This document shows, one piece after another, positions 52,100 to 63,700 of a DNA stretch of 64,000 nucleotides. How positions within the stretch are numbered: the stretch's first letter is position 1; every line of letters begins with the position of its first letter. The position numbers and the translations under genes were made by a program. Where the stretch lies: assembly GCA_036172245.1 (NCBI GenBank), contig JAYWIR010000045.1, positions 744,001 through 808,000 on the forward strand, read 5' to 3'. Under the pieces are notes generated by a model. That model was not told the origin of the DNA, did no database searches, and worked only from the letters and a program-made list of their open reading frames with translations. The DNA is from Raillietiella orientalis. Lineage: Eukaryota.

Positions 52100-53745
52100 T
52101 TGCTCCCGGGATCTGTGAAAAATGAGCGCGATCGGGCTTCCCGTTCCGTCATCTGCTTTGCTGGCACCGCGCGTTCCGCTTGCTCGACAACACGCGTCGC
52201 CCAGGGAGACGGACGTTTTGGCACAGCGCCGTGCGGAATAGATCGCCAGAGAACGGGGAGGTAGGGAGACGAAGGGAGGCATGGGGATTTTGCACAACTG
52301 ATCGGGACGGAACACCGTGTCCGGAACGCCCAACGAAGTGCGCACATGGCCGGGTCGGCTTAGAAAGACGAGCCGGGTCAGCCTTCCTCCGGGACGAACA
52401 TCTGTGTCCGCTGGACTCGCTGGTAGAGAGGTGTCACCGGCATCTAAAAGTGCTGAAGGACCATTCTCCTCCTTAGGGAGGAATGGATCACGAAGCTGTT
52501 TGACGATGTCCACGCCGCCCGAGGGTGCGTGCAACTCTTCAAGTTAGGGAAGGGGGGGGGAGATAACCCCTGAGGGACCGCCTCTTGTTCTCCCGGAGGA
52601 GGCCGCTCCTCGTTTCTTCTCCAGAGGCAACCTGGAAACGATCCACACCTGGAACTTCTCAGGAAGGACCTCTTGGAAAGGATCTGCTCCTTGTCTCCTC
52701 TGAAGGGAACCCCGAAGGGATGCTTCCAGATTTCTCTGAAGGATAGTTCCCCGAAAGAAGCAACGCGCTTCTGACATTCTGGAGGAGCAACCTCCGAGGG
52801 GAGTTGGCTCCATGGTACGCGATGGAGGGTGTCCACCGAGTGGGTGGGAGGTCGGTTCCATTTGCACAACCGTAGGGGAACTGACTCCTTGATTCCTAAA
52901 AGGGGCCTCGGAGGGTCAACTTCCAATCCCAGAGGCCAGTCAGCGGGGGCGCCCGCCATCCACCAGGCTGCACCCGAAGCCTCACAGGCCGACCAGAGTT
53001 CTTCCGAGGGAGGGGCTCGAAACCCGCGATGCATCTCCATTTCCCGGCATCGATCCTCCATGTGGGGATTCCAACCCTCGAAGCTTGGCGCGGCACGTGG
53101 CAGCGGCAGCAACTGCCCGGCCGCCAACGTGGAAGAGCCGCTGCCCGCCGATGACCGCGGACGGAAGCGAGACTTCCCAGCGGATGGCGCCTCCGCGACT
53201 TCGGTGGAGCGATTCGTCTCGAAGGTCGTTTTCCTTGGTCGGCTACGGCTCCGTTCAACGCTCAGCAGGACCACAGCCTGGAGGCCTCGCACCTCGCCGG
53301 CTGCAGGAGCATCGTACAGATATGTCGGGCAAAAAATGCGATGGGCTGGCTAAAAATAGATTCGAAGACTTCGGCCTGGGGTGAGAGGGCGCGAAACACT
53401 GGGCAACGGCAAAATCAGCACCTCTATCTTGGGAAAGCATGCAAAGAAGCGCTGGCAGGAGAAAATGTTCTTGTCGCGAGCATTCGGAAACCACCCGCCG
53501 AGAGAACGCAGCTCTCCTATCCGGAAGCTGCTCCTTTTCGCTCTGCGCTCACTGCATCGGATCCGCACCATCGAAGAAGCGACGCGTCCTGAATGCCGCG
53601 GGAGCTTTCGGGCCCGCCCGTCCGAGCTCCAAGGAGCGGCTTCGAGTTTGCCCGGACGAAAGTGAATCTCGCTGCCTGGGAAACGGCACGCTGGGGGAGA
53701 GGTCAGATGGACAGGGGGGAGAGGAGAGTTTCCGCCTGTCCACTT
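52100..53745 (-). mobile_element. Degenerate piggyBac-like transposase split by an insertion
   Basis: In order: DLSPSVPFPRQRDSL (DExMVPFxGR), DKNIFS/PALLCML..RG (DNFFTS), AVVLLSVE (VxLLSTxH), then the insertion at 52545-~53160, then SGGVDIVKQLR (GGVDxxDQ) and a Cys-containing tail. The spacing fits once the insertion is removed. Confidence 0.55.
52545..53140 (-). repeat. Copy C of unclassified dispersed repeat (inserted in the piggyBac remnant)
   Basis: Collinear with 36890-37420, including ctcccggaggaggcc(g/a)ctcctcgtttcttc, ggaaaggatctgctcc and the identical 24-mer at 52807-52830. Confidence 0.85.
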
Positions 53746-53989
53746 GACAGTTGGTTTCCCGGCGGCTGATGAAAACCGAAACGGCAGACAGGCAGGCGAC
53801 GAACCGGGAAATCCCTGACCCCAGGCCGCGCGTAAACAGATTCGTTTTCGAAGTCGCTCCGCGTCGGGGCCTCGGCGCCGCCGGACGCCAGGGGCATTGT
53901 CTTGGGATGGAGTGCATCTCCGAGTGCTTTCGACCTCGTGGGGAGCGAGTAATCGATCTGGTCATCCGGAGAAATAGGGCAGGAGAGGA

Positions 53990-54640
53990 ATCCGGAGTCC
54001 ACGTCGGAGTCTGCGGAGCTGCTGAGGTCTCCACGTGTGGCACCACCAAGCGTCGCGGGCTCGAATACTCGGAAAGAAATCGACGCCGAGAGATGGGGAG
54101 GTGCGTCGCGGGTTCGAGTTTCTCCCGCGAGATGACGCAGATTGGCCTCCGTTCATTCGGGTGCGGCGGCACTCGTAGGGGTTCAAACCGGATTCTTCCG
54201 TTGAGGGCCGAGACAATGGGAGTCTATCTTCAGGTCCGTCCAAGAATCAAGGAGTGGGGAATTCCCCCTCCGGTTGTACAAAGGAGAGCAGAATCCTCAG
54301 TGTGGGGGACCCCTTCGCGTCGTACTGATGGAGTAGGTATGCAGCTACCTCTCCAGAGAGTACAGAGAAGCTGCCGCTCCCTTCGGGGAAACAGTGCACT
54401 TCTGAACTTTGGAAGCGTCCCCCTTCAGAGGAGGAGGAAACAGGAGCGGTTGTCTGGCTGGTTCCCACCGGAGAAAAAATTCCGACTAGCAGATCCTTTC
54501 CGGGTTCCCTTGGGGGAAGAAAAATGGAGCAAACCCCTCCGGGGGTCCTTCCAGAGAGAATCAGGGAGAAGATTCCTTTCGGGGTTCCTTTCGGAGACAA
54601 CCAGGGTGAAAGTGATCTCCATTCCGGAGATCCCTCCCTA
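53990..54640 (+). repeat. Copy D of unclassified dispersed repeat (inverted relative to copy C)
   Basis: The reverse complement contains 4-5 units of ~40 bp (consensus approximately TCTCCGAAGGGAACCCGGAAAGGATCTGCTCC..TTTC) and the same body, for example cccg(c/t)gacgcttggtg shared with copy B. Confidence 0.8.
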
Positions 54641-54739
54641 GGCGTGAGAAGAACGGACTCCGATCCCATTCCTGGATTCATAGGGAGGACCCCTCCCTAA
54701 ATGCCCCCCTATCTTGAAGAATTACACGCACCCCTCGGA

Positions 54740-55820
54740 TGGCGTGGAACCTTGTTAAAGTGAATGCCAACTGGGCGAATTCCCAGGATCGGCGCGCTTC
54801 GAACGCAGGCCTGCATCCCCATGTCCCCCCCTTCTCCCGAGGGTCGTTCGTTCTGCATACGTTCCCCCGTTCCACAGCATCTGCGTTCCGCAAGGGGAGA
54901 CTCGGAACGGGCGTTACCAAGCGGGACGCACTCCCCTTTCTACAGTTTCTCCTTCCGAGGTCACCTCTGCACGAAGAGAGAATCCCGAAGGCTCACAGGT
55001 GGCAACAGGAAAAGGGAAGACCGTCCCAGCTCCTCCTTGCCTCTTCGGTCCGCCTCCCGGTCGCTTACGGAAGAGAATGCGCGGCAACCCCTCCTTTCTT
55101 GGGCGATCGGCCGTCGTGGATTTTCACACGCTAAGGTCACCGGTGGAAGAGCAAAGGAATTAGGTGGTTGGACAACGGGCCAGCTTGAGGACTCTGTGGC
55201 CCCAAGTGCTTCATCGAAAGGACCATTACGATGAGGTGAGCTGCTGGGAATCTCACAGGAAGACCTCGAGTGGCCCCCAGTACTAAAGAATCGCCAGACC
55301 CTCTTCCTGAAGTGGCAGGAGTCGGTACTTCTGCCGTTCACTGGGGTCTCCCGTGCAACGCCCGCCGCTCCCACTGCATCCGGGGTCTGTGGACTCAACT
55401 GTTGCAGATGAGGGGAATGGGAATCCCTACCTCACCTGCTCTTAGACTGTGTTGCCCTCCGGCCCCTGTGGTTGCGTTACGCAACGGCGCTTGGTGCACC
55501 GACGGACAATCCCATGGACGCGATAAAGCGTCTCTTGTGCGATGGCCTTTCGCCTGCGGCAGCCCTAGAAGCTCTTTGCTGCTGCCTACGTGGGATTGTG
55601 TCGAACTGGAGCTACGCGAGAGGAGGACGGCGCGATAGGGACGCCATCTGCTTATCCCTGCGCTTCCTGCGGACGGCAGCAAGATGGCTCCACCTGGGGC
55701 ATACTCGGATGGAATTCGCCGACATCCTGGAAACGATGCAGAGGACGCCCTCCAGCACCCAGTGATCGCTTTCCGTGCCTCCCAGAGTTTTTCTATTATT
55801 GATTTTATTTTTGCTTATCC
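54740..55820 (+). mobile_element. Degenerate LINE ORF2 C-terminal half (R1/LOA-like)
   Basis: LGTGV, RPSQLLLASSVRLPVAYG (RRLLxSVVxxxxxYG) and LKWQES (WQxRW), followed by a T-rich tract at 55788-55820. Confidence 0.4.
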
Positions 55821-56199
55821 TTGTCCCCTCTGTCGTCGAGGCGAACTTCGCCTGTCTGCGTGCCGTTCGGCAGGTTCCGAACATTTTCGGACAATGTAGG
55901 GTCGACGGCCCTACGCAGGTTTGTTTGTTATGTTTATAATCCACGTCCCAGCATAACCAGGTGATAAACCAAGGTGACTGGCTGCTAGAGAAAACTCATC
56001 TCTCGTCACCATGATGGGGAGGGGGAGGACTGTGCTTGCAGGTGGCAGTTCTGACCAACCGAAAGGGCGCGCGCGCGTCGACGCGCACCGAAAGGCGAGC
56101 GCGCTCGCAGACTTGCCGGCGGCCACCCAGTAGGAACGCATGCGCCTGGAGCTCTCGCGCTGTAATCGAGAGGCTTCTGGTTCACCCCCGGGAGATGGA

Positions 56200-56790
56200 G
56201 GGAAGGGGCAGGAGAGCGAGATTCCTGCCGTCACCAGCAGGCTCTTCACCTGAGAGGATCCGTGGAATCGTCGAACACCGTTTTCCTCCCGGAACGCTCG
56301 ATGAAATTTGGAGGTTCCCGAGTGCTCTTCCCTCGCATCGTCTTCCGGCCAAGGGAGGGTCTCGTGGCCACGGTGCTTCCGCGGGCATAGGCACTCCTAA
56401 CTCTACGTTTCGTTCAGAGAGGGCACCACCAGTTGCTCGGCAGAGAACGGACTTTGTGCGCATCGCCTCGGAAACCCGTGTTGCTGCATCTGCAAGGGGA
56501 GGTGCACCTTGGTCAAGCTTCCCTGCCAGTGTTGGGATCCCTCCGGGAGAGGACATCGATGAAGGTGCCGAGCAGACCTCCCGAGTAAGGGAGGTGGTTG
56601 TTCCCATACGGCAGAGGCGACTGCACGTCCCACTTTCCCCTCGAACCCGCTCGATCTCGTCTCGGGGCCAACGAGAAAGATATCTTCCTACGCCGTTTGA
56701 AAACGCTGCTGCCCTCCCCCTCCCCATACGCGGAACGAAAGTGCGATGGGCTTGTGAGCCAGTTTCCGGTAGCCAGGCAACTCTTAGCAC
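56200..56790 (-). mobile_element. Degenerate LINE endonuclease fragment (RTE-like)
   Basis: RVAWLPET (DIxxLxET), NGVGRYL (GVGFxV), VCSAPSS (VYAPTS) and SERNVELG (GDFNAKxG) in order in one frame. Confidence 0.5.
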
Positions 56791-56796
56791 GCTGGG

Positions 56797-57720
56797 TGCT
56801 TCGCTATCCCTACCGCCTATTCGGGAGCTCGCGAGAGGTTACTCGTACCTTTTCTCTGGCCAATGCCCACCCCCGCTTCGCATCGCATGCCCTCCTGGCT
56901 GCTGAGTGCAGGAGAAGCGCCGTCGCGTTCGCTTCGCCGCAAGTTTTCAAGCATCCCGCGATTAAGGAAGGGAAGAAAGGAGAAGGAGAAAAGGCTACAG
57001 ACTACCTTCGGCGAAAATCGCTCCGGATTCCCAAGATGCATCCGGATGGCTCCCAAGGAGCGAGGCGACCGGCATCCCGTGAAAGGAAGAGCTCGAAGCT
57101 TTCTCGCCATTGTTCCGAAAGAAGGTCCTTGCTGCCCGGGTGCCACGAGGGCTTGGCCGAGCAGGAGGGGTGGAGCCTTCCGCAGCGCGTGGACGGTGGA
57201 AGCTTCGACTTGGGCTCGCCGAAGACACGCAGGTCCCGTGAGAAAATACTACCCCCCCCCTTCCCTAAAAAAAAAAAGAAAGGAAGAAAGGAAGGAAGCG
57301 ACAGCGACGCCCTCGAAAGCGTAACCGTGCAAAACGTTCTCGCCTCGGATTTCTGGACCTTTCCGTAGAGGATCGAGGGAACGCCACCGCTGGCCCTTGG
57401 AAGAAGGGGAGAGGAACGCGACGACGCTTCTCCTGCACTCAGCAGCCAGGAGGGCATGCGATGCGAAGCGGGGGTGGGCATTGGCCAGAGAGGAGGCTCG
57501 CTAGAGGTAACCCCTCTCGAGACCTTACTCTCGGAGAGGACCTCACCGGTCGATGGCAAGTCCTTCGCGCGTGGTGGCACCTAATATTCCACCACGAAAT
57601 CATTCGGACGACTTTATCGTGGAATTCTTGCGAACAAAAATTTTAATAATAAGTGCCTCGGCACATCCGTGTGATAAACCTCTCGCGAGCTCCCGAATAG
57701 ACGGCAGGGATAGCGAAGCA
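56797..57720. repeat. Nested inverted repeat / fold-back structure
   Basis: Inner arms 56853-56930 and 57414-57491 (78 bp, 1 mismatch). Outer arms 56797-56840 and 57677-57720 (44 bp, 2 mismatches). The central spacer is 483 bp, with 12 bp between the left arms and 185 bp between the right arms. Confidence 0.95.
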
Positions 57721-60700
57721 GCCGTAAGGATAAGGGTGGAGCGAGAGAGAGGGGGAGGAGGAAGAGGGAGTGGCGAGCACGCTCGGGGTGCACGCTTTTC
57801 GTGTTTCCCTGCCTCCTTCCGCCTCGGAACCGCGCGCGCTCGAGCGGGCGAGGCGAAGAGAGAGATGGGAGGAGGAGGAGGAAGAGGAAGACTCCACGTC
57901 GAGCAGGCGGGAAGAAGGAGGAGCCGGAGCTGCCCGCCCGTCACCCCTGCCACGCGACGCAGAAAGCGTGTTACAAGATGTTCGCCAACGGTGTGTCGCT
58001 TCCTGCCGCCATACCAACTGCAGTCAGGCAATGTTTCGGGGAAGGGAGAGGGAGTGGAAGAAAAGGAGGGGGATGGGGAGAGAAGCGGATTCCTGCTTCT
58101 TCCTTCGCCGAAGAACGGGAGAAATACGGGGGTAATAAAGCAAAACTTTCATTTATCTTGCAGGCCCTATCCGCCGAGGCATGCACAATTCAACATGCCT
58201 GGCAACGATTTGTCTTCTCGGAACGCTTTCGTTCGCTCTGCCGTGGAGGGGAAGTGAGCTGCAGACTTTCATCATTTAAATAAATAAAGACGGGATGTGT
58301 ATACAGATGAAATTATGTAAATGCGAGCAACATAGTTCCGAGAGGGGGAGGAGGAGGAAACGCGCCGCGCTGCGAGGCAGCCTGAGGACGCAGCACGAAA
58401 GGGAGGGAGGAGGAGTCGGGGGTCGTCACGAGGAGGGGGAAGGGAGATCTCGCCACCCCGAGGATGCTCGGACCACCTCTCCTTCCTCCCCCCGCGCGCG
58501 ACCGAAGCGCCAGAGTCCGCCGAGGCCTCCCCGCGTGGCGCAGGAGGCGAAAGGAGTGGGGCCTCCCGTTCGAGAGCCCGGGAAACTCGGAGGGGGAGAG
58601 GGCAGAACACGGGACACCACGCTGTGGGTGTCTTTCTAGCCTGGGGAGCGTGCAACGCAGGCGCCGCTCCCTCTTTTCAGGGGGTGCTGCTGGAGGAAGC
58701 CGCGCTCTCCACGGGGCGGTCCGGGAGGAACGAGAGCTCCCGACGAGACCCGCCGCTCCAGTCTGGCTGCCGTCGTGCGCGTCGACCGCCGAAGATCCGG
58801 GGAGCGGGCGGTGTCACGGGACTCTCACGTCCTCCCGCCGGACTGCTGGGGAACTCGCTCGGTCGCGCCCACGCGAAGAGCCAGCCGGCGTCACAGGGTG
58901 CGCTCCAAAGGGAAAAGAAATTCTCGCTCCCTTCCTGCGTGAGGGGTTTGCCCCGAGGGTCCCTTTTCTTTCCCTCCTTTCCGAAGGCACATACCGGGAC
59001 CGTTGGTTCAGATCAGAACTTGCGAGGAAGATCCATCGAGGCCTGAGGCCTGCGGCTTCCCTGAGAGGCATCCTGATGCCAGAATGGCTCCGCAAGATCG
59101 TAGAGCGACTCCAACGATCTCAAGGTCGGCGGCCCCTGCATCAGTAGGTGACGAGGCTCATGTACGGGGGGTAGCTGCTCCTGGGAGTCTCCATGGCTTC
59201 TTCCCGGGATCACCCTAGTCCTAACCGCGGGTTGCTCGGCAGATGTCTTCAGCGGCGGGGGGAAGGGAAGAGACCTGGCTCGAGAGTCGCCGTCGCCAGA
59301 TGTCGCTCCCCATGCCTTCACGAGGCGCCCACGCCTCGGCCGCCACCGCTTCCAAGCCGTCGCTGGGATCTTCCCGCAGAGATCTTCGTCAGCATCCTGA
59401 AGAGCCATCCCTGTTCTTGTTGTTTTCGTTTCGACGTTCGCAGCTCTTTGCTGAGAGGCTGCGAACGAGCGCTGCGGGCGGCCTGGTCTGATCCCGAGGC
59501 CGGCGCAAAGGCACCGTTAGATGCATCCCAGATTCGGTGAGCGAGACGGTTGCCGCGGCAATGGAGAAAGCTTTTCGGAAGGCTTTCCCCGCTCTCCGAG
59601 GATCAGTCGCGAGGTCCTCTGCGAGTTTTTTCCGGCCTTTCTCGCTGCCGCTTTGGCCCGTGCCATTGAAGGGGGATTACCTGGAAGGGGACAGAGGGAG
59701 AGGGAAGGGAGGAGGGGCTACTCAGCAGCGCGGACCGCAGCAACAACTGGGGTCGGTGTCACCCATTGTTTCCCGCATCTTGAGAGGAGCGATGGCAAAG
59801 CTGGCGCGGGGCGGCGCGATTGTGCAGAGCAGCATCAGCCTCTATCCTGGAGATCCCCACGTTTCTGCTGGGTTCGAGTGCCGTTTTTCCCCTTTTCCTC
59901 CCCCCCTTTCCTCCGGGGAGCAGTAGCCGAGTCAACCCGGCTGCCTTCGCGGGTCCAGCTCCGGGGAGCCGAGCTCGGTCTGTCCCCTGCAAGGGTGGTT
60001 CACGGAAACAAGAGCCTGACCGGAGGCTGCGTTCTTCGAGACGCTCGCACCTTTCAGAGCTAGGAGGTTCGTCCGGCCTCAGTCCATCCCCACCTCTCTC
60101 TCTGGAGACGAAGAGGGAGATTTTCACTCTTCCTTTTCGGCGTTTCGGCGACGGCCTGGCTGCTGATGGACCCGCCCAGTCGATTCGTTCACCCCACCCC
60201 CAATCCTCCAGAGGAAGAAGGGGAATGACGAGACCGACACCTCACGCCATGGCACGAGGAGCAGGAGCAGCAGAGGAACGGCATCCTCCCGGTTCTTCTT
60301 CCTGGTTTCCGGAACGCCCTTTTCGTCCGCTCCTCTCCCTGCTTGGAGGCTAGGGGTTGCCTGAGGGGAGGAAGGGAATGCGATACCCTTCCTCCGATAG
60401 ACTCGAGAGCCCCCCATTTCCCGAGACATGGCAGTGGAGGCAGGAGCTCTTGCACTTTTCCTCCCCTTCTTTTGGTCTCGAAGATTCCCATGCCACCTCC
60501 TTCCCTCAGCGAAGAGCCGAGCTGTGGGATGAGGGGATTCATTCCACAGCTTCCCCCTAGGTCGGGGGGCTGTCTGGAACGCGCGGTAAGAAAAATCTCC
60601 TCCTTCTCCATCCTCCTACTAGGGTGACGCCCCTCCGTGCGGCGGCGGCAGAGTTCCTTCCACGAGCGCGGCAGCAGCAGTCGGCATCTTGGGCTACATC

Positions 60701-63700
60701 TGCAGCACCGTGGCAGCCCTCATCGCAGACGGGACTCGGTCAGCAGACGAAGGAGGCTGACTCGTCCCAATGGCCACCTGCACCCTGCATGAGCGACCAG
60801 GAGACTTCAGCCGACTCCAACAGCGAGGGCAGGCATCTCTTGCGTCGCTCAAGGGCTGAGGACCGGAAGGACCATAGCCCGGTGACCTTCCATGATTTAT
60901 TCCTTGTCGATCCCTCCCATTGCCACTGCAGCCCATGCCCCGGACTCCAACTGCACTCCCATGCACGTCGGGCAGTGGCCCTCCCCTTTTTCCTCGTTCC
61001 AGCGCCCTGTGCGCCTGTGGCAATGCGCGCCTTTATTTTTAATAAACAGACGCCCCGAGGCTGCCCTTCTCATCCCGGATTACCGGGCTGTTTATTTAAA
61101 ACAAAAGGGAGGCACCGACATGTACCGTCCTGAAACGAATGGACAGAGCCGGGAAGGGAGAGGGGAACCGGAGGGAGGACCAATGGATAAGTAAATAGGA
61201 GTGGGAATGACCTGACTCACAAGGAGAGAGACAAACACGGTTTCCCGGAGCGCCCAGGCATCAAATCCGAGGAGGAACTACTCGAAAAGGAGCCTTGCGC
61301 CCTGGTAAATCCTCTCCTTTGCTGGCGGTGGCGAAGCAAGCGGCCGAAGAGCTGCAATGGCGAGGAGGAGAGCGGGGGCGCGGGCGTCTTGTTCCATATG
61401 GCGTCGCCCAATCGCAGGTCGGCAGCACCAGAGGGGTACGGGGCGCGCGAGAGAAGGTCCGGCGGCTGCGACGACGAAGACATTCTTCGTCCTGGTGTCA
61501 TCCAGGGCATACGCTGCTGTCAGTCAAGCGCCGGGAGGGAGGCGGAAGGAATTCCAGCTTCGTCCGCCGCTAATGCGTCGGGGGAGTCCCTTGGGTTCAA
61601 GGGCGCCAGCGTCTCTCGCACATGCCTCCGCCAAAGTGGTGCCCGGTCCCGCCCGAGAGAGAGCACCCTGAGCCCCTCCATTTCGCCCTGGCGAGGGAGG
61701 TCTCCCGTTACTCGTCCGAGTGGGCCGCTCACCCGCGGAGGCGGTCAGCCGCCGGGTCGCTGCCGGAACCCGCGCGTCGAACCTCGGGGGAGGAGGTCAT
61801 CGCTCACGCCCAACGGAGGGAGGAGACGCGAGAAGACGTGGACGAGGAATGCGGCGGCGAAGGAGAAGCAGCGCGGCTCCCTCCGGCATTCCGCGGCCGG
61901 ACGCTGGCGGTGGACGCTGCCGAGAAGAGGCGGGGGCGGAGCGAGTCGGAGAGGGCGCGATCCTCTCCGAGGACCCCGCGGCATCTGCTGGTCCCGGAGA
62001 GGGAAATCCCGCCGCCTCGCCCCTATCTGGACAGTCCTTCGACCCCGCCCACAGTCCGTTTCCCTCTTCTTTTTGCGTTCCTCCTGGATTCCTACCGGTG
62101 GCAGGCTGCCTTCCGCATCCGACCGGTGCCTGAGCGGCGGCGCGACTTTACCGGTTCTCCCGCCCCCCCTCCCTTTCTCACGGGAGTGAAGTCCTTCCCG
62201 GAAGACGGCCGCTTTCTCACACACCCCTTTCTGGATGGCTCTTCCCTTCGGAGTGTCCCCTGCCGGAGGGATCGTCACCCCTCGACAGGGGACCCTGCGG
62301 CGAAGCTTTCCGGGACTGTCAGCCTTCCTTCCGAGAAGCGGCATCTCCCTTCATCGATTCCGGTTCACTCCCTTCGCTCCTGGAGGGTGGAGTGACCTTC
62401 GTCCCGCTCGCGCGAAACGCTGGAGAGTCGAACTCCTGCCTCCGCTCGCGCGTCGAGCAGGCCCAGTTGGAGGGAAGGGCGTCCTGGAGATGGTCCATCC
62501 GCAAGGCTGTACCCGGTGGGCGTATGCATCTCTTCCAGGAGGCACTCGCTCCTCCTTTCCGGTGCCTCCCTGCACAGGAAGCAGCTGGAGACGTGTACAA
62601 GCGGGAACGATGCTCAAAGGTGGAGGGGTGGGGAGGGTGGACCGTGCTCCCAGGATTGGAGACTTTCTGAAACAACCCCGCGGAGGGATTCCCACGGTCC
62701 ATCGTCATCCACGTGGGCGAGGAGGTGCCGGACCACCGCGGAGTCCTGCAGGACCCCGCAGGGCCGATCTTCCCCACTGACGATATCGTACGTGAGAGGA
62801 GGTGGACGGAACCAGCGGCGAGGTCCTGATCCTTCGGCTGTCGGCATGCTGAGAAAGCGATCCTTCTATTCCCCCCCCCCCATTCCCTTCCCTCCCCCGA
62901 TTCTTCCCTCTCGACCGGTGGCCGCGGAAATTTCGCGCGCCCCTCGAACGGCGGCGGAAGCGCAGCGGGCAGTGAGGCTCCCTTCCCTATCCGAAGCCGG
63001 TGGGATCTTGGCGGGAGGAGGAAAGCGGCGGTGACCTGGATGCGCGGGAGGTGGAAGGGACAGAGAGAGCGCGCAAGCCCGGAGGCATTGTGTCCTGCGA
63101 GTCATCCGGGAAGAGCTCTCTCCTCCCGGGGGACGATGCAGGCCAGCGCGTCTATCCTGTTGCGATCCAGAGCTGTAGCGAGCTCCACCACAGGAAGAAG
63201 GAAGAAGACGCTCTGCTCCCTCCTCCTCCTCCCTCCTTCGAGGCACCGCTTCCAGAGCTCAGACCCTATTCTCTCCTCCTCCTCCTCCTCCTCTTTTGTG
63301 GACCCCGACTGAGAGTGGAGCGCGCCGCCGCCGCATACGAAAGGAAGACGCGCGCCCGCCCATCGTGTCGCTTCCCCCAGGAAAAAGAGGCCTTTGAAAA
63401 ATGGCGCCGTCCCCCTCCGGAGCAGAAGAGAAGAGAGAAAGAAAAAAAAAAAATGAAAAGAAGGAAAAAAATGGGGCCTTCTCTGGAAATTACGCCGACG
63501 CTTCTGCTCTTCCTTCCCCGTTCTCAGCCTCTCTCCCGAGTCGCGGCCGCTCTTCGCTCCGCCGTGCGAGGAAGTGGTAAAGTAATTTACACCGTGCTTG
63601 AGCACTCCCATCGCAAAGGCCCCATTATGCTCCTGTCAGATGAACAATTTGTCCTTGATGCGACGGTAATCATTGTTCTCGGGAAGGGGGTACGGTTTAT

